Assembly (NCBI GenBank): GCA_038885615.1
Contig: JAVZZP010000001.1
Coordinates: forward strand, 119,191-183,190
From: Candidatus Pacearchaeota archaeon
GTDB lineage: Archaea > Nanobdellota > Nanobdellia > Pacearchaeales > GW2011-AR1
Direction: 5' to 3'
DNA: 64,000 nucleotides
Numbering within the stretch: position 1 is the stretch's first letter; each line of letters begins with the position of its first letter. Positions 37,511-48,000 of this stretch are shown here, piece after piece. Below the pieces are notes generated by a model that was not told where the DNA came from, ran no database searches, and was given only the letters and a program-made list of their open reading frames with translations. The translations under genes and the position numbers were made by a program.

Positions 37511-39182
37511 ACTTAAAATATTCCTCGTTTGAAGTTTTTGCTAATTTTTCTATTATTAATTCTGGTGTTGAATTGGCAAGACGACCTAAAACAGGATTAT
37601 GATCAACAATTAAATTGAAATTCTCATCGAGACCTCTTGCTTCAATTCCATCTATACGGGCTTTTTCTGGCAAAATAGGTAAAATTTCTTTTCCTAAATG
37701 AGTTGCAAAAACGCAAAAACATTCTTTCTCTAAAAAATATTTCATAGTAGAAGAAATAATCTCTCCTGCAACTCCTGGTTCTGTTAGTGCTTCTATTTCA
37801 TCTGCCAAAATTATTGTTTTTCCCTTAGGTTTTATTGAAGACATTTGCATAAGAAGATTTTCAAAAGCACCCCTCGTTGGAGAACCTTTGTTTTTTGCAA
37901 AATAATAAACTTGTTCAAAAAAAGGAATAATTAATTCACCAGAAACTGGTAGTCCTAACTGAGAAATAAAAATTAATTGAATTAAATGCTCTAGCAAGGT
38001 TGTTTTTCCACCCGAATTTGCCCCTGTTAAAACAGAACCTCTTTTGTCTTTTAACTCAAAAGTTATAGGTTGCGGATTTTCTAGAAAGATATTCTTTGAA
38101 TTTTTTATGGACAAAAAATCAGAAAAAACTGGATAAATTTTTCCTTCTATATAATTATAAAGTCCAGAACAAAAATCAAAAAGCAAGAGATTTTTTTCTA
38201 GTTCAAAAACTTTTTTTTCTATGTCTTTTATTTTTTCTGCATTTTTCTGTAGTTTCGCCACAAAATCAGAAAATTTTTTTTGGTTTTTTCTTTTTATGTA
38301 TTTTTCTAGCCCTTCGTAATTTATTTTAAGGGGCAAACCAATTTCAAAAATCTCTTCTGAAAGATTCCTTTCTTTGATTTCTTTTTCTATTTTTGTTTTT
38401 ATTTCCTCGGGAAGACCTTTAGTTAAAAGGGAAACTAATTTTTCTCCGCTTATTGTTTGCCCTTTTAATTCTGTTAAAATTTTCTCATTGATTTCGTCGC
38501 ATTTTTCTTCTAATTCTTCAATTTTTATTTCTTCTTTTTCTTCTTCTAGCAAAGAAACCAAAGAAAAAAGTTCTTCTGCTATTTTTTTTATTTTCTCGTC
38601 TCCGCATTCTTTAATTATTATTTCTAGATTTTCTTTCCAACCGGACAGGAAAGAAAGGTGCCTTTCTAAATAAATGTCTTCAAGATTATCAATAAAAATT
38701 GTTTGGGGCAATCTTTCCAAAATTATAGAAAAATTCTCACAATCAATTACCTGAATTACGTCGTATTTTTCTAATTCATTTAAATCTCTTTCAGAGCTTA
38801 TTAAAGAAACAGGGCAATCTAAATTTTGTAATCTCAAAAAAGTTTCTTCACTTTCTGTAACAATTAAAATTTCATATTTGGGATACCAGAATGGCTTCGG
38901 CTTTTTTAGTTTTCTCAAAAATTCTGATTTTTCTTTTTTTATTGATTTAAAAAATTCTTGTTTTTCTTTTATTTTTTCAAAAGAATTCTCCCTTATAAAA
39001 AAGTTAAACAGATATTTTGTGTTTTCAAAAGAAAAATTTTCACATAAAAAATTAAGTATTTTTTGTACTATCGCTTTTGCATCTTTTGTTTTAAAAATTT
39101 TGCTTTGCTCTATATTTTTATCAGTTTCTTCAAAAAGCCTTAGTTTTTCTTTTTCAATAAAAGATAAAATTTCTTTTTCCAT
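37476..39182 (-). CDS. Archaeal MutS-family ATPase (domain V; MutS2/MutS5-like)
   Basis: LTGANSGGKTT, GAFE, ADEIEALTEPG, FATHL, LANSTPELI. Confidence 0.85.
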   Translation of the reverse strand: MEKEILSFIEKEKLRLFEETDKNIEQSKIFKTKDAKAIVQKILNFLCENFSFENTKYLFNFFIRENSFEKIKEKQEFFKSIKKEKSEFLRKLKKPKPFWYPKYEILIVTESEETFLRLQNLDCPVSLISSERDLNELEKYDVIQVIDCENFSIILERLPQTIFIDNLEDIYLERHLSFLSGWKENLEIIIKECGDEKIKKIAEELFSLVSLLEEEKEEIKIEELEEKCDEINEKILTELKGQTISGEKLVSLLTKGLPEEIKTKIEKEIKERNLSEEIFEIGLPLKINYEGLEKYIKRKNQKKFSDFVAKLQKNAEKIKDIEKKVFELEKNLLLFDFCSGLYNYIEGKIYPVFSDFLSIKNSKNIFLENPQPITFELKDKRGSVLTGANSGGKTTLLEHLIQLIFISQLGLPVSGELIIPFFEQVYYFAKNKGSPTRGAFENLLMQMSSIKPKGKTIILADEIEALTEPGVAGEIISSTMKYFLEKECFCVFATHLGKEILPILPEKARIDGIEARGLDENFNLIVDHNPVLGRLANSTPELIIEKLAKTSNEEYFKFIWENLRKNKL

Positions 39183-39223
39183 TATCTAGCCAGAAAATTG
39201 TTATTTATAAAAATAACCTAAAA

Positions 39224-41980
39224 TCATAAAGGAAAAAAACTTTTTCTAGCTGTTACGACTAAAGAACAATCCGTTGGTTCATTCCCAAATTCATCCTTGC
39301 ATTTTATGTAGTATGTTTTATCGTTGTCCCAAGGAGAAACATGAACTCTTGATTTAGCAAAAGGCATATTTGTTCCTTCATTAAATAAATAGTCACAACT
39401 CTCTGTTGAATAAACACAATCAGAAATTCTATTAGTTTCTATTCTTAAATAATCATCGCTGTAAAAAGCTCTTGCTATAAGTGGTGGCGTCGTTACAATT
39501 TCAAGTTCAAATTCTCCTTCTGTTTCTGCTAAATTTCCTCCGGCATCAATGCATTTAACATAATATTTATGTCTTCCATCATAAAGATCTAATCTTTGAG
39601 TGCTTATACCGTCGGCTTTATTTGTATCAAAGAAAGGTATAAAGCTATTTGGATATCCGGTTAATGAGTAGAAGCATGTTGCTTTATTGTCGTTACAACC
39701 AAACAAAGTTTCAACCTTCAATTCAACTGAAAAAGGAGAAAATCCTCCCACAACTTTTGTGTTGTTTGGTGATATTGATTTTATTTTTAGAGGATTTGAA
39801 CCTCTCACAGAATATTTGAAAGATTGCATCATTTTATTTCTTTCTTTTTCCTCTAATCCAGGATTATCTTTACATCTTATATAGTAATCAGTTCCTTCTT
39901 TCTTTATGCCTATTAAGTTTGCTCTACAAGTGTATAGAAGCATAGAATTTATTTCAAAAACATTTTGTACACAGGACATATTGTAAGTCATTTCTTCAAA
40001 GTCCTTATCCTTAAAATCCCATCTGCATTCCGCAGGTTCATCAGTATAAAATTCAACAATAGAAGAGTTTTGATCTGCTGCTATACAATTTTCACTTTCT
40101 ATTGAAACTGCTTTTATTTGTGGGGGAGTGTTGTCTGGAGCATCATCAACACAAAATCTTACCGCATAAGGTGCTTGATTTACATTTCCTTGTGCATCTC
40201 TGCACATAATATATAAAGTCATTTCTTTGCCCATCTCTAAAGTTAAAGAAGAATTTTGCAAATCTTTTGCTCTTGGAACATGAAGAATTGCGGAGAAATT
40301 CTTTCTGTAAGTGCTGTCTTCATCCATATAAGAGAGCATTTCTTCAAAGGTGTTTTTCTTTTCCAAGTCTATCTTGCATTGAGCAGGTTCATTTGTTAAA
40401 ACACCAAATTGTATTGGTGAGAATGCCTTGATACAAGGATTCACATCCTGTCTAACTATTCTAAATCCAGGACCAGGAGGAGAGGTTCTTACATCTGTAT
40501 AAGCATAACCCTCTGTTAGTTTCTCATTCCACGGCATTATTATAGGGGGAGAAACCTCTCTCTTACTATTATCAACACATAACTCATTACCAGTTCCCTG
40601 ATTTACTAGGGCACAGGTTTGTCCTAGGGATTTGCAGCGATATTCAGAACAAGGCAAGCCATCTTGATTGCATAAATCACAATCCTCCCCCCCGTGAGGT
40701 GCCTGCCAAGGAAGACATTTAAATTCAACTTGCTCCTCAAAAGTTTTTGTCTTCTCATAATTTTTTACATAATACCACCAAGCGACTGCGGCACCAATGG
40801 CAACATGAAATGTTTTTGAACCAAGAAATTTAACAAACTTATTTTGAGAGCTAGTTAAATCAAACCAACCTCCTTCTCCTAAAACCTGCTGTGCTGTTTT
40901 AAATGAAATAACTCCTAAAAAAGCTGCTTCAGCAATAGAATCAACCATTTCTTGATTTTCTTTTGCAACAAAGCTTCCGGCTGCTTTAATAAAGCCCCCA
41001 ACTGCTATTGCCCAAGTAAGCCCTTCAACCAAATGCCCAATTCCACCATATTTAAAAATTGAAAGATTTGCTTTTTTAGCCCATTCGAAAGGATAATCAT
41101 CTCTTTTACCTGACCAATAACCCGTCTTTTTACCTTCTGGTGGATCTTGCGTCGGACTATCTCTTTCTCTTGACTCCTCACTTCCTCCTTTTCCATTATC
41201 GCTATTACTTCTATCAACCCGCAAAGCTGTTCCCCCCTTTGTTGGTGTTTGCGCCAAACTAGTAGACTTACTATTATGCACCAAAACCCCCTCGGCAAAA
41301 TACCATTTTCCGCCTAAATCCAAGTCAAAAACCTCAATTCCTTCTGGCTTTTCAACAATTTCAATTTTTTCAATGAAAACTTTTTTTCCGTCAATTCCCA
41401 AAAAATAATCGCTGACTTTTGCGTTGCCGACAGGCTGCCATTTTCCATTAAGCAAAACCTCGTGATTCGGAGTTATTTCAAGCTTGTCATTTATCTTTAA
41501 ATAAGAATATTTCTTTAAAACAATAACATTTCGCACAACCTCTTTTGTCAGCGCGCGCTTTTCAAAATCATAACTAAGCACCTCGTCGCCCGGCCTTATT
41601 TCTGAGATCGGCTTTGTTTGAAGGTTCGCGAGGGTGATGAGAGTTGAAGGAGTGAGACATGATGCTGGGTTTAATTTTCTATTGAGAATTGATACAACAT
41701 CTTCTTCATCAGAAATATCTACATCTTCTTCTATGTTTCGGCTTTCTCCTACCTGCCTATACCATTTATCACCTTGCTTATAATAAACAATAGACTTAAA
41801 AAGAGCGCTTCCAACAAAAGTATCTACGACAATAGTATCATCAGAGATTGTTTTATAATATTCTCTTATTTCCTGGTTATTTCCACTCGCCCTCTCCGCC
41901 ATTCCAATCATATAAGCAAAACTCACAATTCCCAAAATCATTAAAAACATCTGGCTGTAGGCGAGTGCGCACTTGTTCAT
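39224..41980 (-). CDS. Surface protein: signal peptide, mini-intein, hydrophobic helices, Cys module, Ig-like repeats
   Basis: N-terminal hydrophobic helix; Hint C108-N236; CSEYRCKSLG module; repeated TDEPAEC / YYIRCKD motifs homologous to the C-half of 45079-49083. Confidence 0.75.
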   Translation of the reverse strand: MNKCALAYSQMFLMILGIVSFAYMIGMAERASGNNQEIREYYKTISDDTIVVDTFVGSALFKSIVYYKQGDKWYRQVGESRNIEEDVDISDEEDVVSILNRKLNPASCLTPSTLITLANLQTKPISEIRPGDEVLSYDFEKRALTKEVVRNVIVLKKYSYLKINDKLEITPNHEVLLNGKWQPVGNAKVSDYFLGIDGKKVFIEKIEIVEKPEGIEVFDLDLGGKWYFAEGVLVHNSKSTSLAQTPTKGGTALRVDRSNSDNGKGGSEESRERDSPTQDPPEGKKTGYWSGKRDDYPFEWAKKANLSIFKYGGIGHLVEGLTWAIAVGGFIKAAGSFVAKENQEMVDSIAEAAFLGVISFKTAQQVLGEGGWFDLTSSQNKFVKFLGSKTFHVAIGAAVAWWYYVKNYEKTKTFEEQVEFKCLPWQAPHGGEDCDLCNQDGLPCSEYRCKSLGQTCALVNQGTGNELCVDNSKREVSPPIIMPWNEKLTEGYAYTDVRTSPPGPGFRIVRQDVNPCIKAFSPIQFGVLTNEPAQCKIDLEKKNTFEEMLSYMDEDSTYRKNFSAILHVPRAKDLQNSSLTLEMGKEMTLYIMCRDAQGNVNQAPYAVRFCVDDAPDNTPPQIKAVSIESENCIAADQNSSIVEFYTDEPAECRWDFKDKDFEEMTYNMSCVQNVFEINSMLLYTCRANLIGIKKEGTDYYIRCKDNPGLEEKERNKMMQSFKYSVRGSNPLKIKSISPNNTKVVGGFSPFSVELKVETLFGCNDNKATCFYSLTGYPNSFIPFFDTNKADGISTQRLDLYDGRHKYYVKCIDAGGNLAETEGEFELEIVTTPPLIARAFYSDDYLRIETNRISDCVYSTESCDYLFNEGTNMPFAKSRVHVSPWDNDKTYYIKCKDEFGNEPTDCSLVVTARKSFFPL
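41273..41659 (-). mobile_element. Mini-intein / Hint domain, 129 aa, no homing endonuclease
   Basis: Block A CLTPSTLI..KPISEIRPGDEV, block B ITPNH, block F VFDL, block G VLVHN followed by Ser(+1). Confidence 0.88.
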
Positions 41981-44301
41981 TTCTCCTCCACTAAAAATTT
42001 AATTCCTGTTCCATACTCTCCAAGAGATAGTCCTTCTTCTGAGCTTCCACCTGAAACAATTTTTTTGGGAATCTCTTTTCCAGCCAACTTCTCCCACATT
42101 TTCTGAGCAAAAGTTTTATCCTCTTTAATAACTGTTTGCTGCTTTATTTCTTGAGGAAAGCTTAGTTTTTCAACTCTGATTTCCTCTCCGTCACTTGCGA
42201 CAATTACATCACCCACTTTTATTTCTTCTATTTGCTTCAAAGAATATTTATCTTCTTTTTTTAATAAAACATAACTTCCTTTTCTAACCTCTATTCTGTC
42301 ATTAATTAAAATAGAATCCTTTCTTTCTTTAATTACAAATCCTGTTCCTCTTGTTTGATGGCCTTGTTTCAAATTTCCTAGCAAACTGAAAGAAGAATTT
42401 TTGTATTTCCAAGAATAACCATCATCTGTATATTTATCATTTATATTTACATTAGCACCGCAATCACCCAAGGAAGTACAAATTGCATTTACTTTTACTG
42501 CCCAATCGTGCTTTGGAATTAAAGAGTAACTTTTTGAGCTTCCCTTAGGAGGACTTCCTCCTTCCCATTCTAAACACTCGCTCGTTACCTCAACCCCGCT
42601 TTCATTTACCATCTTAAATTCATATTCTTTGTCTCCAAAAGGACCTGCAATACTAGAATATTTTTCGGTTCTTTCTATTATTACCTTGCAAACAGCAGAG
42701 GCCATATTGCAATTTCCTTCACCAAGCCAGAACTTATTTCCAGGAGGAATCAAAGGAACACAAAGACCTCCTTCATCAACCTCGCTTTTATTGAATTTAG
42801 TAACTTTATTCAGAATATCATAATCAAATTCCCATATTCCTTTGCCGCTTGAAACAAAAGGATTGAGTGCTTTTCCTGTAATAACCTTTCCCGTAGGATT
42901 AGTAAAAAAAGGTGCTGCTTGTTGAACAAGTCCTGCTGCTTGCATTGCTGTGTCTACTCCTGACTGTCCTCCAGAAGTTGGATTCTGAAAATAGGGGGTA
43001 GGATTAGAAAAGCTAGATGTTTGCTGTTGTGCTTTGTTCCAATTCAAACCTTCAACATCGTCTATCCAGATACAATCCCTAACATCAATATTTTCACAAT
43101 CTTTCTTTCTCCATTGATAAATACAATCTTGCCAGCGATTTACACGGCAGGCTGCTGTTGAAAATTCTCCTGCAGAAGTCTGAATTCCTGAATGAATGCA
43201 AATCTGTTTTCTATAATCCGCACAAGGATCTGTAACAACTTCTCCGTCTATGCAAATTTGCCTGAAATGCCTTGAACCAACTTTTTCATAACCTTTTCCT
43301 GGTTCAATATCATAAACACACCAGCTTTCTCCGTTTAAGCGGGTTTTTCCACTCATATCTTTACATGTTGTTTTTTTACAGATATACTCTCCTTCTTTTC
43401 CTAAATCTGTTGTTTTCTTTCCATCTTTTCTCGCACAAACACTTCCTAAAAGATAATCGCAGTTTCCACAACTATTACTGCCACCGCTTCTTGGACAAAT
43501 TTCATCTGGATCGGCAACTCTTCCGCGATTCCAAGATTTATCTTTGTCAGAAGAATAAACATTTTCCCTATTTCCACAAGAATCAAACCAATAAACTTTT
43601 CCTTTATAACAACCAACACTTGTTTGCCTAGCACACTCCGTATGTAACTCTTCGGCAGAGCATAGAACATCTTTGTAAAATTTCTTTCCTGTTTCTTGCT
43701 CTAGAATAGATTTATTAACATTTAAAGCAATTACCCCATCTTTTGCCCCACACTCTTTTCTAGTCGTAAATTTGCACTCATTAACTCCTGTTCCTGTATA
43801 GGTGACACAAGCCCCCATATCTTGAGAATTAGCTAAAAAAATACACTCGCCTTCATCTGTAACCGAAGCTCTGAAATCCATTGAAATTCCATAATAAGTA
43901 GAAAGTTTTTTACAACGGGCTAAAGTAACCAATGCTGCTTGGTCAGCAATAATACAACAACCTAAACGACAAGTAGGAATTTCTGAAGCTTTTTTCTCGC
44001 TCCAGGTTCCATTTCTGTCTTGACAAACCTGCTGAGGAACATTTTCCATGCAAAGACCCTCTTTAGAATCATAACAAGTTCCTGTTTTACAAAAAGAGGT
44101 TTGCTCACAGAAAGAGGGGGCAATTCTAAAAGACGAATCACATTCGCTCTCCGCGGAGTTTAAACAAGCTCCTCCTGATTTTGTTCTCTCGCAACAAACA
44201 GAAGGGGTTGAAAGTATGGCGGAAGATAAACTAAGAAGGAATGTTAAAAGAAATAAAATCAAAAATAATTCTTTTATCAATAAGATCCTGCGGATGGCCA
44301 T
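41977..44301 (-). CDS. Secreted Cys-rich protein homologous to the N-half of 45079-49083, with a degenerate Hint-like C-terminal segment
   Basis: Signal peptide; CRLGCCI, DSCGN, GESWCVYD, VGSRHF and CTSLGDCG motifs. Confidence 0.75.
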   Translation of the reverse strand: MAIRRILLIKELFLILFLLTFLLSLSSAILSTPSVCCERTKSGGACLNSAESECDSSFRIAPSFCEQTSFCKTGTCYDSKEGLCMENVPQQVCQDRNGTWSEKKASEIPTCRLGCCIIADQAALVTLARCKKLSTYYGISMDFRASVTDEGECIFLANSQDMGACVTYTGTGVNECKFTTRKECGAKDGVIALNVNKSILEQETGKKFYKDVLCSAEELHTECARQTSVGCYKGKVYWFDSCGNRENVYSSDKDKSWNRGRVADPDEICPRSGGSNSCGNCDYLLGSVCARKDGKKTTDLGKEGEYICKKTTCKDMSGKTRLNGESWCVYDIEPGKGYEKVGSRHFRQICIDGEVVTDPCADYRKQICIHSGIQTSAGEFSTAACRVNRWQDCIYQWRKKDCENIDVRDCIWIDDVEGLNWNKAQQQTSSFSNPTPYFQNPTSGGQSGVDTAMQAAGLVQQAAPFFTNPTGKVITGKALNPFVSSGKGIWEFDYDILNKVTKFNKSEVDEGGLCVPLIPPGNKFWLGEGNCNMASAVCKVIIERTEKYSSIAGPFGDKEYEFKMVNESGVEVTSECLEWEGGSPPKGSSKSYSLIPKHDWAVKVNAICTSLGDCGANVNINDKYTDDGYSWKYKNSSFSLLGNLKQGHQTRGTGFVIKERKDSILINDRIEVRKGSYVLLKKEDKYSLKQIEEIKVGDVIVASDGEEIRVEKLSFPQEIKQQTVIKEDKTFAQKMWEKLAGKEIPKKIVSGGSSEEGLSLGEYGTGIKFLVEEK

Positions 44302-45044
44302 GGGTAGCTTCTTACAGCAAAATTAAATTTAATTTTTTCATTTTTTTCTATAACTGAATATACCTTAGTATCATCATCTCTTCTCTCCTTTAAAATTTTT
44401 ATGTTAGGATAGTATAACATTTGCTGCATTTGTTCGCTATCACCATAATAAGTTTCAAATTGAATCAATGAAGTCGCTATCATCAATACCTCATATAAAT
44501 TTGTTTTATATTTGTAAGTCAGATCTTTTTTTGAAGAGGTTGTTTCACCGAAAGATAGTTTTATCGGAGCTTTAATTTTAACCTTAACTTCTTTTGGCTC
44601 TATAAAAACCTCGTAAGAGATTTCTCCTCTTTCTACATCAAGGCCTCTCTTCTGTAAATCTTTAATTGAATTCTCATAACATTTTTCAAAATCTTCTTTT
44701 ACTAACTCCTTTAGTGATTGCTCAAATCTATCTTTCAAGAAAGGCTCTTGGTTCACACACGGTTTTAAATATTCGTTTGTATAACAAAGAATAGTATAAT
44801 TTTCCCCCTTATACATATAAGTAAATTTTGGCTCAAGAACCCCTGCTTTTAAAGATAACTCCTGAATTTTCTTTGACAAAGAGCCGTCTAAACAATTTTC
44901 AAAGCCGCTTGTTCTAAAACCAAGACGATTAGTAATAGGTTTAATAAATTCTGGTTTCAGAGAATTGATGATAAAAAAAACTCCAAAAACTAAAATAATT
45001 CCTAAAATAATAAATAAAGCAACTTGCCCCCTTTTGTTTTTCAT
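44277..45044 (-). CDS. Class III signal peptide (pilin-like) protein, paralog of 49080-49841
   Basis: MKNKRG|QVALFIILGIILV; shared Y.YkGE...C(Y/F)T.E...PCV.Q.P and TKVY...IKF motifs. Confidence 0.75.
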   Translation of the reverse strand: MKNKRGQVALFIILGIILVFGVFFIINSLKPEFIKPITNRLGFRTSGFENCLDGSLSKKIQELSLKAGVLEPKFTYMYKGENYTILCYTNEYLKPCVNQEPFLKDRFEQSLKELVKEDFEKCYENSIKDLQKRGLDVERGEISYEVFIEPKEVKVKIKAPIKLSFGETTSSKKDLTYKYKTNLYEVLMIATSLIQFETYYGDSEQMQQMLYYPNIKILKERRDDDTKVYSVIEKNEKIKFNFAVRSYPWPSAGSY

Positions 45045-45065
45045 ATTTTTTAAAGAAAAAATGTC

Positions 45066-45073
45066 TTTATAAA
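45066..45073 (-). promoter_or_regulatory. TATA box of the second surface module
   Basis: TTTATAAA preceded by purine-rich AAAAGAA, 22-29 nt upstream of ATG 45044. Confidence 0.55.
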
Positions 45074-45078
45074 TTCTT

Positions 45079-48000
45079 TTATTTTAGGTTTATTGGTTTG
45101 ACAGAAATACAAAACTTCTGTTCATTTAGTTTTTTGTCTCTGCATTTAATATAATAAGTTTCATAAGGATTTGCAGAAAAACTATGCGTTTTAGACAAAT
45201 ATTTAGTTGAAGAAGCATTTTGAATATCTCTTAAACTTTTTTCGCAAACTTCGGAATAATTTAAATGATAAAAACACTCTGCGTCCTCATCTGTTTGCAA
45301 GGACAATCTATTACCATCGTAAGCTGTTCTTACTATTATTGGTGGTTGTTCGTCGAAAAAAACCTGGAAATTAAAAGTTGTTTCGTTTATGTTTTTAGCT
45401 TCATCTTCACACTTAACATCAATAGAATATTTTCCTTGTGGCAGCATTAATAATTGACTATGTGCTGTCCCACCAGTTTCATAGAAGTTTATAAATCCGG
45501 AGGAAAAATTTTCAATTTTATAAGAGCAAATCGCATTTCCTAAGCAACCAGAAGTACTAACTGAAAGAGTGAAGTTTTTCTCTTCAATAAAAGTGTTTCT
45601 ATTAATAAGGTTTATATTTATGCCCTCTCTACAGACATTTAAGATGTATTCTTTACTATGAAGATTTGGATTTCTTTTATCAAATTCTGTTTCTTCGGTT
45701 AAGTCAGGTTTATCCTTGCATCTGAAATAAAATTTATTTTGTCCTTCTTCTAAATTTGATAAAAGTGTGAAGCACCTCCATTCTCCAAGGAAAACACTAT
45801 CTTGAGAGGTTAGACAAGTCATATTATTTGGCATTTTCTCGTAACCTTGCTCTCCTGTAACAACATCATATTCCTGGATAAATCTGCATTCTGCCGGCTC
45901 ATTAAGATATAAGATAACTGCGGTCGAATTTGTTCCTTTTTTTAGATAGCTTCCACTAGCAGGTTCAAATCTTTTTAATTCAGCCGGAGTTAAGTCGTAG
46001 CTATCTTTTACTTTTATCTGAACAACAAATTCTGCCTCGTTTACTTGGCCCGCAAAATTCATACATCTTATATAATATTCATTTTCCTCTCCAACAGATA
46101 AACCAAGAGTGTTTGTTGAAGCTGTTTTATCTCTTAAATAAGGAGAAAGAGTTATTTTATGGTGTGTGCCTTCTGCTTTCCCTGTTTGAGGATTTATTTC
46201 AGAAATCATCTCAAATTTCATTTCATCATAGTTTTTTGTGTGTTCATAATCTATCTTGCATGTTGCTGGTTTGTCTGTGATAATACCAAAAGTTAATTCT
46301 TGCCATGGTTCTACTCCGCCGCCATTTGGTCCAGCAATTCTAAATCCGTTGTCTCTTATGTTTGTATATGAGTTCCCCTGTGTTAAAATCTCTGGCCAAG
46401 GAGTTATTTTTGCCTGCCATATTTCATTAATTGTCGCACAATAGCCCGGTTCTCCTTTGTCAACAAAATAATGACATCTTGCTCCTAAAGATTTACATCT
46501 GTATTCAGAGCAGGGCCTTACATCCTCATTGCAAAGCTCGCATTGAGATTCTTTTGGAGGTTTCCAAGATTGGCAGGAGAATTGCATGATGAAATATTCT
46601 TGTTCTTCATATTCATCGAAAAAAGCTGTATAAATAGTGTAAACAATTGCAGCAGCAAGAACAATCCAACCAATTGGATTTGTAGCTAAGAGACCTCCTG
46701 CTGTAGCAAAAAATCCAGAACCTGAAGCTGCTGCAGATCCAAATCCAGTAGACAACCCAATTCCCACGGCAGCACCAACAGCAGCACCGACACTTGCCAT
46801 GAACATATTAAATTGATTTGATTTTCCAGGACTCCAATCCTGGTTTTTGGAAATTAATTTTCCAATTTGATAACCTACAACGGCCCCTACTGCTGCAGCA
46901 CCTAAGACATAACCTCCTGCAGCTAAACCCCCTTTAGAAAAAGCTACAGCTCCGGCCTCCAACCAAGTACTTCCAGTAATAACAGCCAAACTAGTCCCAT
47001 AAGTACCTATAACTCCTGATAAGGCACTAAACCCTCCCAACGCCATTAAACCACTAATTACCATTGCTCCAGTCATTACATCATCAAATCCTCCTCCATC
47101 TCCAGGATTAACATTAGCTTGGCTCGCTAGTTTATTCAAATCAATAACTCCGGTTTGTGGGTCTCCGATAGTTCCTGCCGTATCTCCCGCATCTGCTGTT
47201 AAACCACTTCCTCGCGAAGCGATATCTTTAAGAGATTTTATTTGAGAAATTGATTTTTTTATTGAAGAAATATAATCCTCTGATAAAGTATAATTTTCAC
47301 TTGAAACCTCTTTTTGTTTTCCGGTTTTATCTATTTTCATTCTTTTTACTGTAAAACCTATTGTTGCATTATCATTATTCACTTTCCCAACAATATTAGA
47401 TGAAACTCCGCAAGTTCCAATTGCACGACATCTTTCATTTAAAGCAGCCATTAAAGCAGGCAAATCTTTTGTTTTTATGTTTTGATTAACTCCATCTATA
47501 TTGCATTCCCAATTTCTTTCATGGTCTTTCCAATCACCACAACCTCCTGCGAGAGTGCAATCCCTATGTATTTGACTAATACAAACAAAACTTCCTAAAG
47601 AACAGACTGCTGTTGATTCGAATTCGCTTCCACCATAATTTGCAGAAGAAAGTGTCTTTTGTTGCTGACTAGAAGAAGTTTGACTTGCTTTTCCGACAGG
47701 TGCTTTTGTTGTCCAGAATTGAAAACCTGGAGTAAATCTTGGTACGCAATGAGCTAAAACTTTGTTTTGGTCTTTTCCTAAATCATCAATTGCTCCTTGT
47801 TCAGCATTTGTTTTTTCAGGATCAAAACCAGCAAGAAATTTGTCATCGCTTCTTTTTAATTTGTCTTCTCCATAAAACTCATTAAACATTATGCATTGAG
47901 GGTTTTCATCGCATTTTTGTTTTACCTGCTCATAAGATTCTGCATCATTTGCATTTAAACAAGAACGCCAATCATTTACTAAGCATTTAGCAGAAGTATA

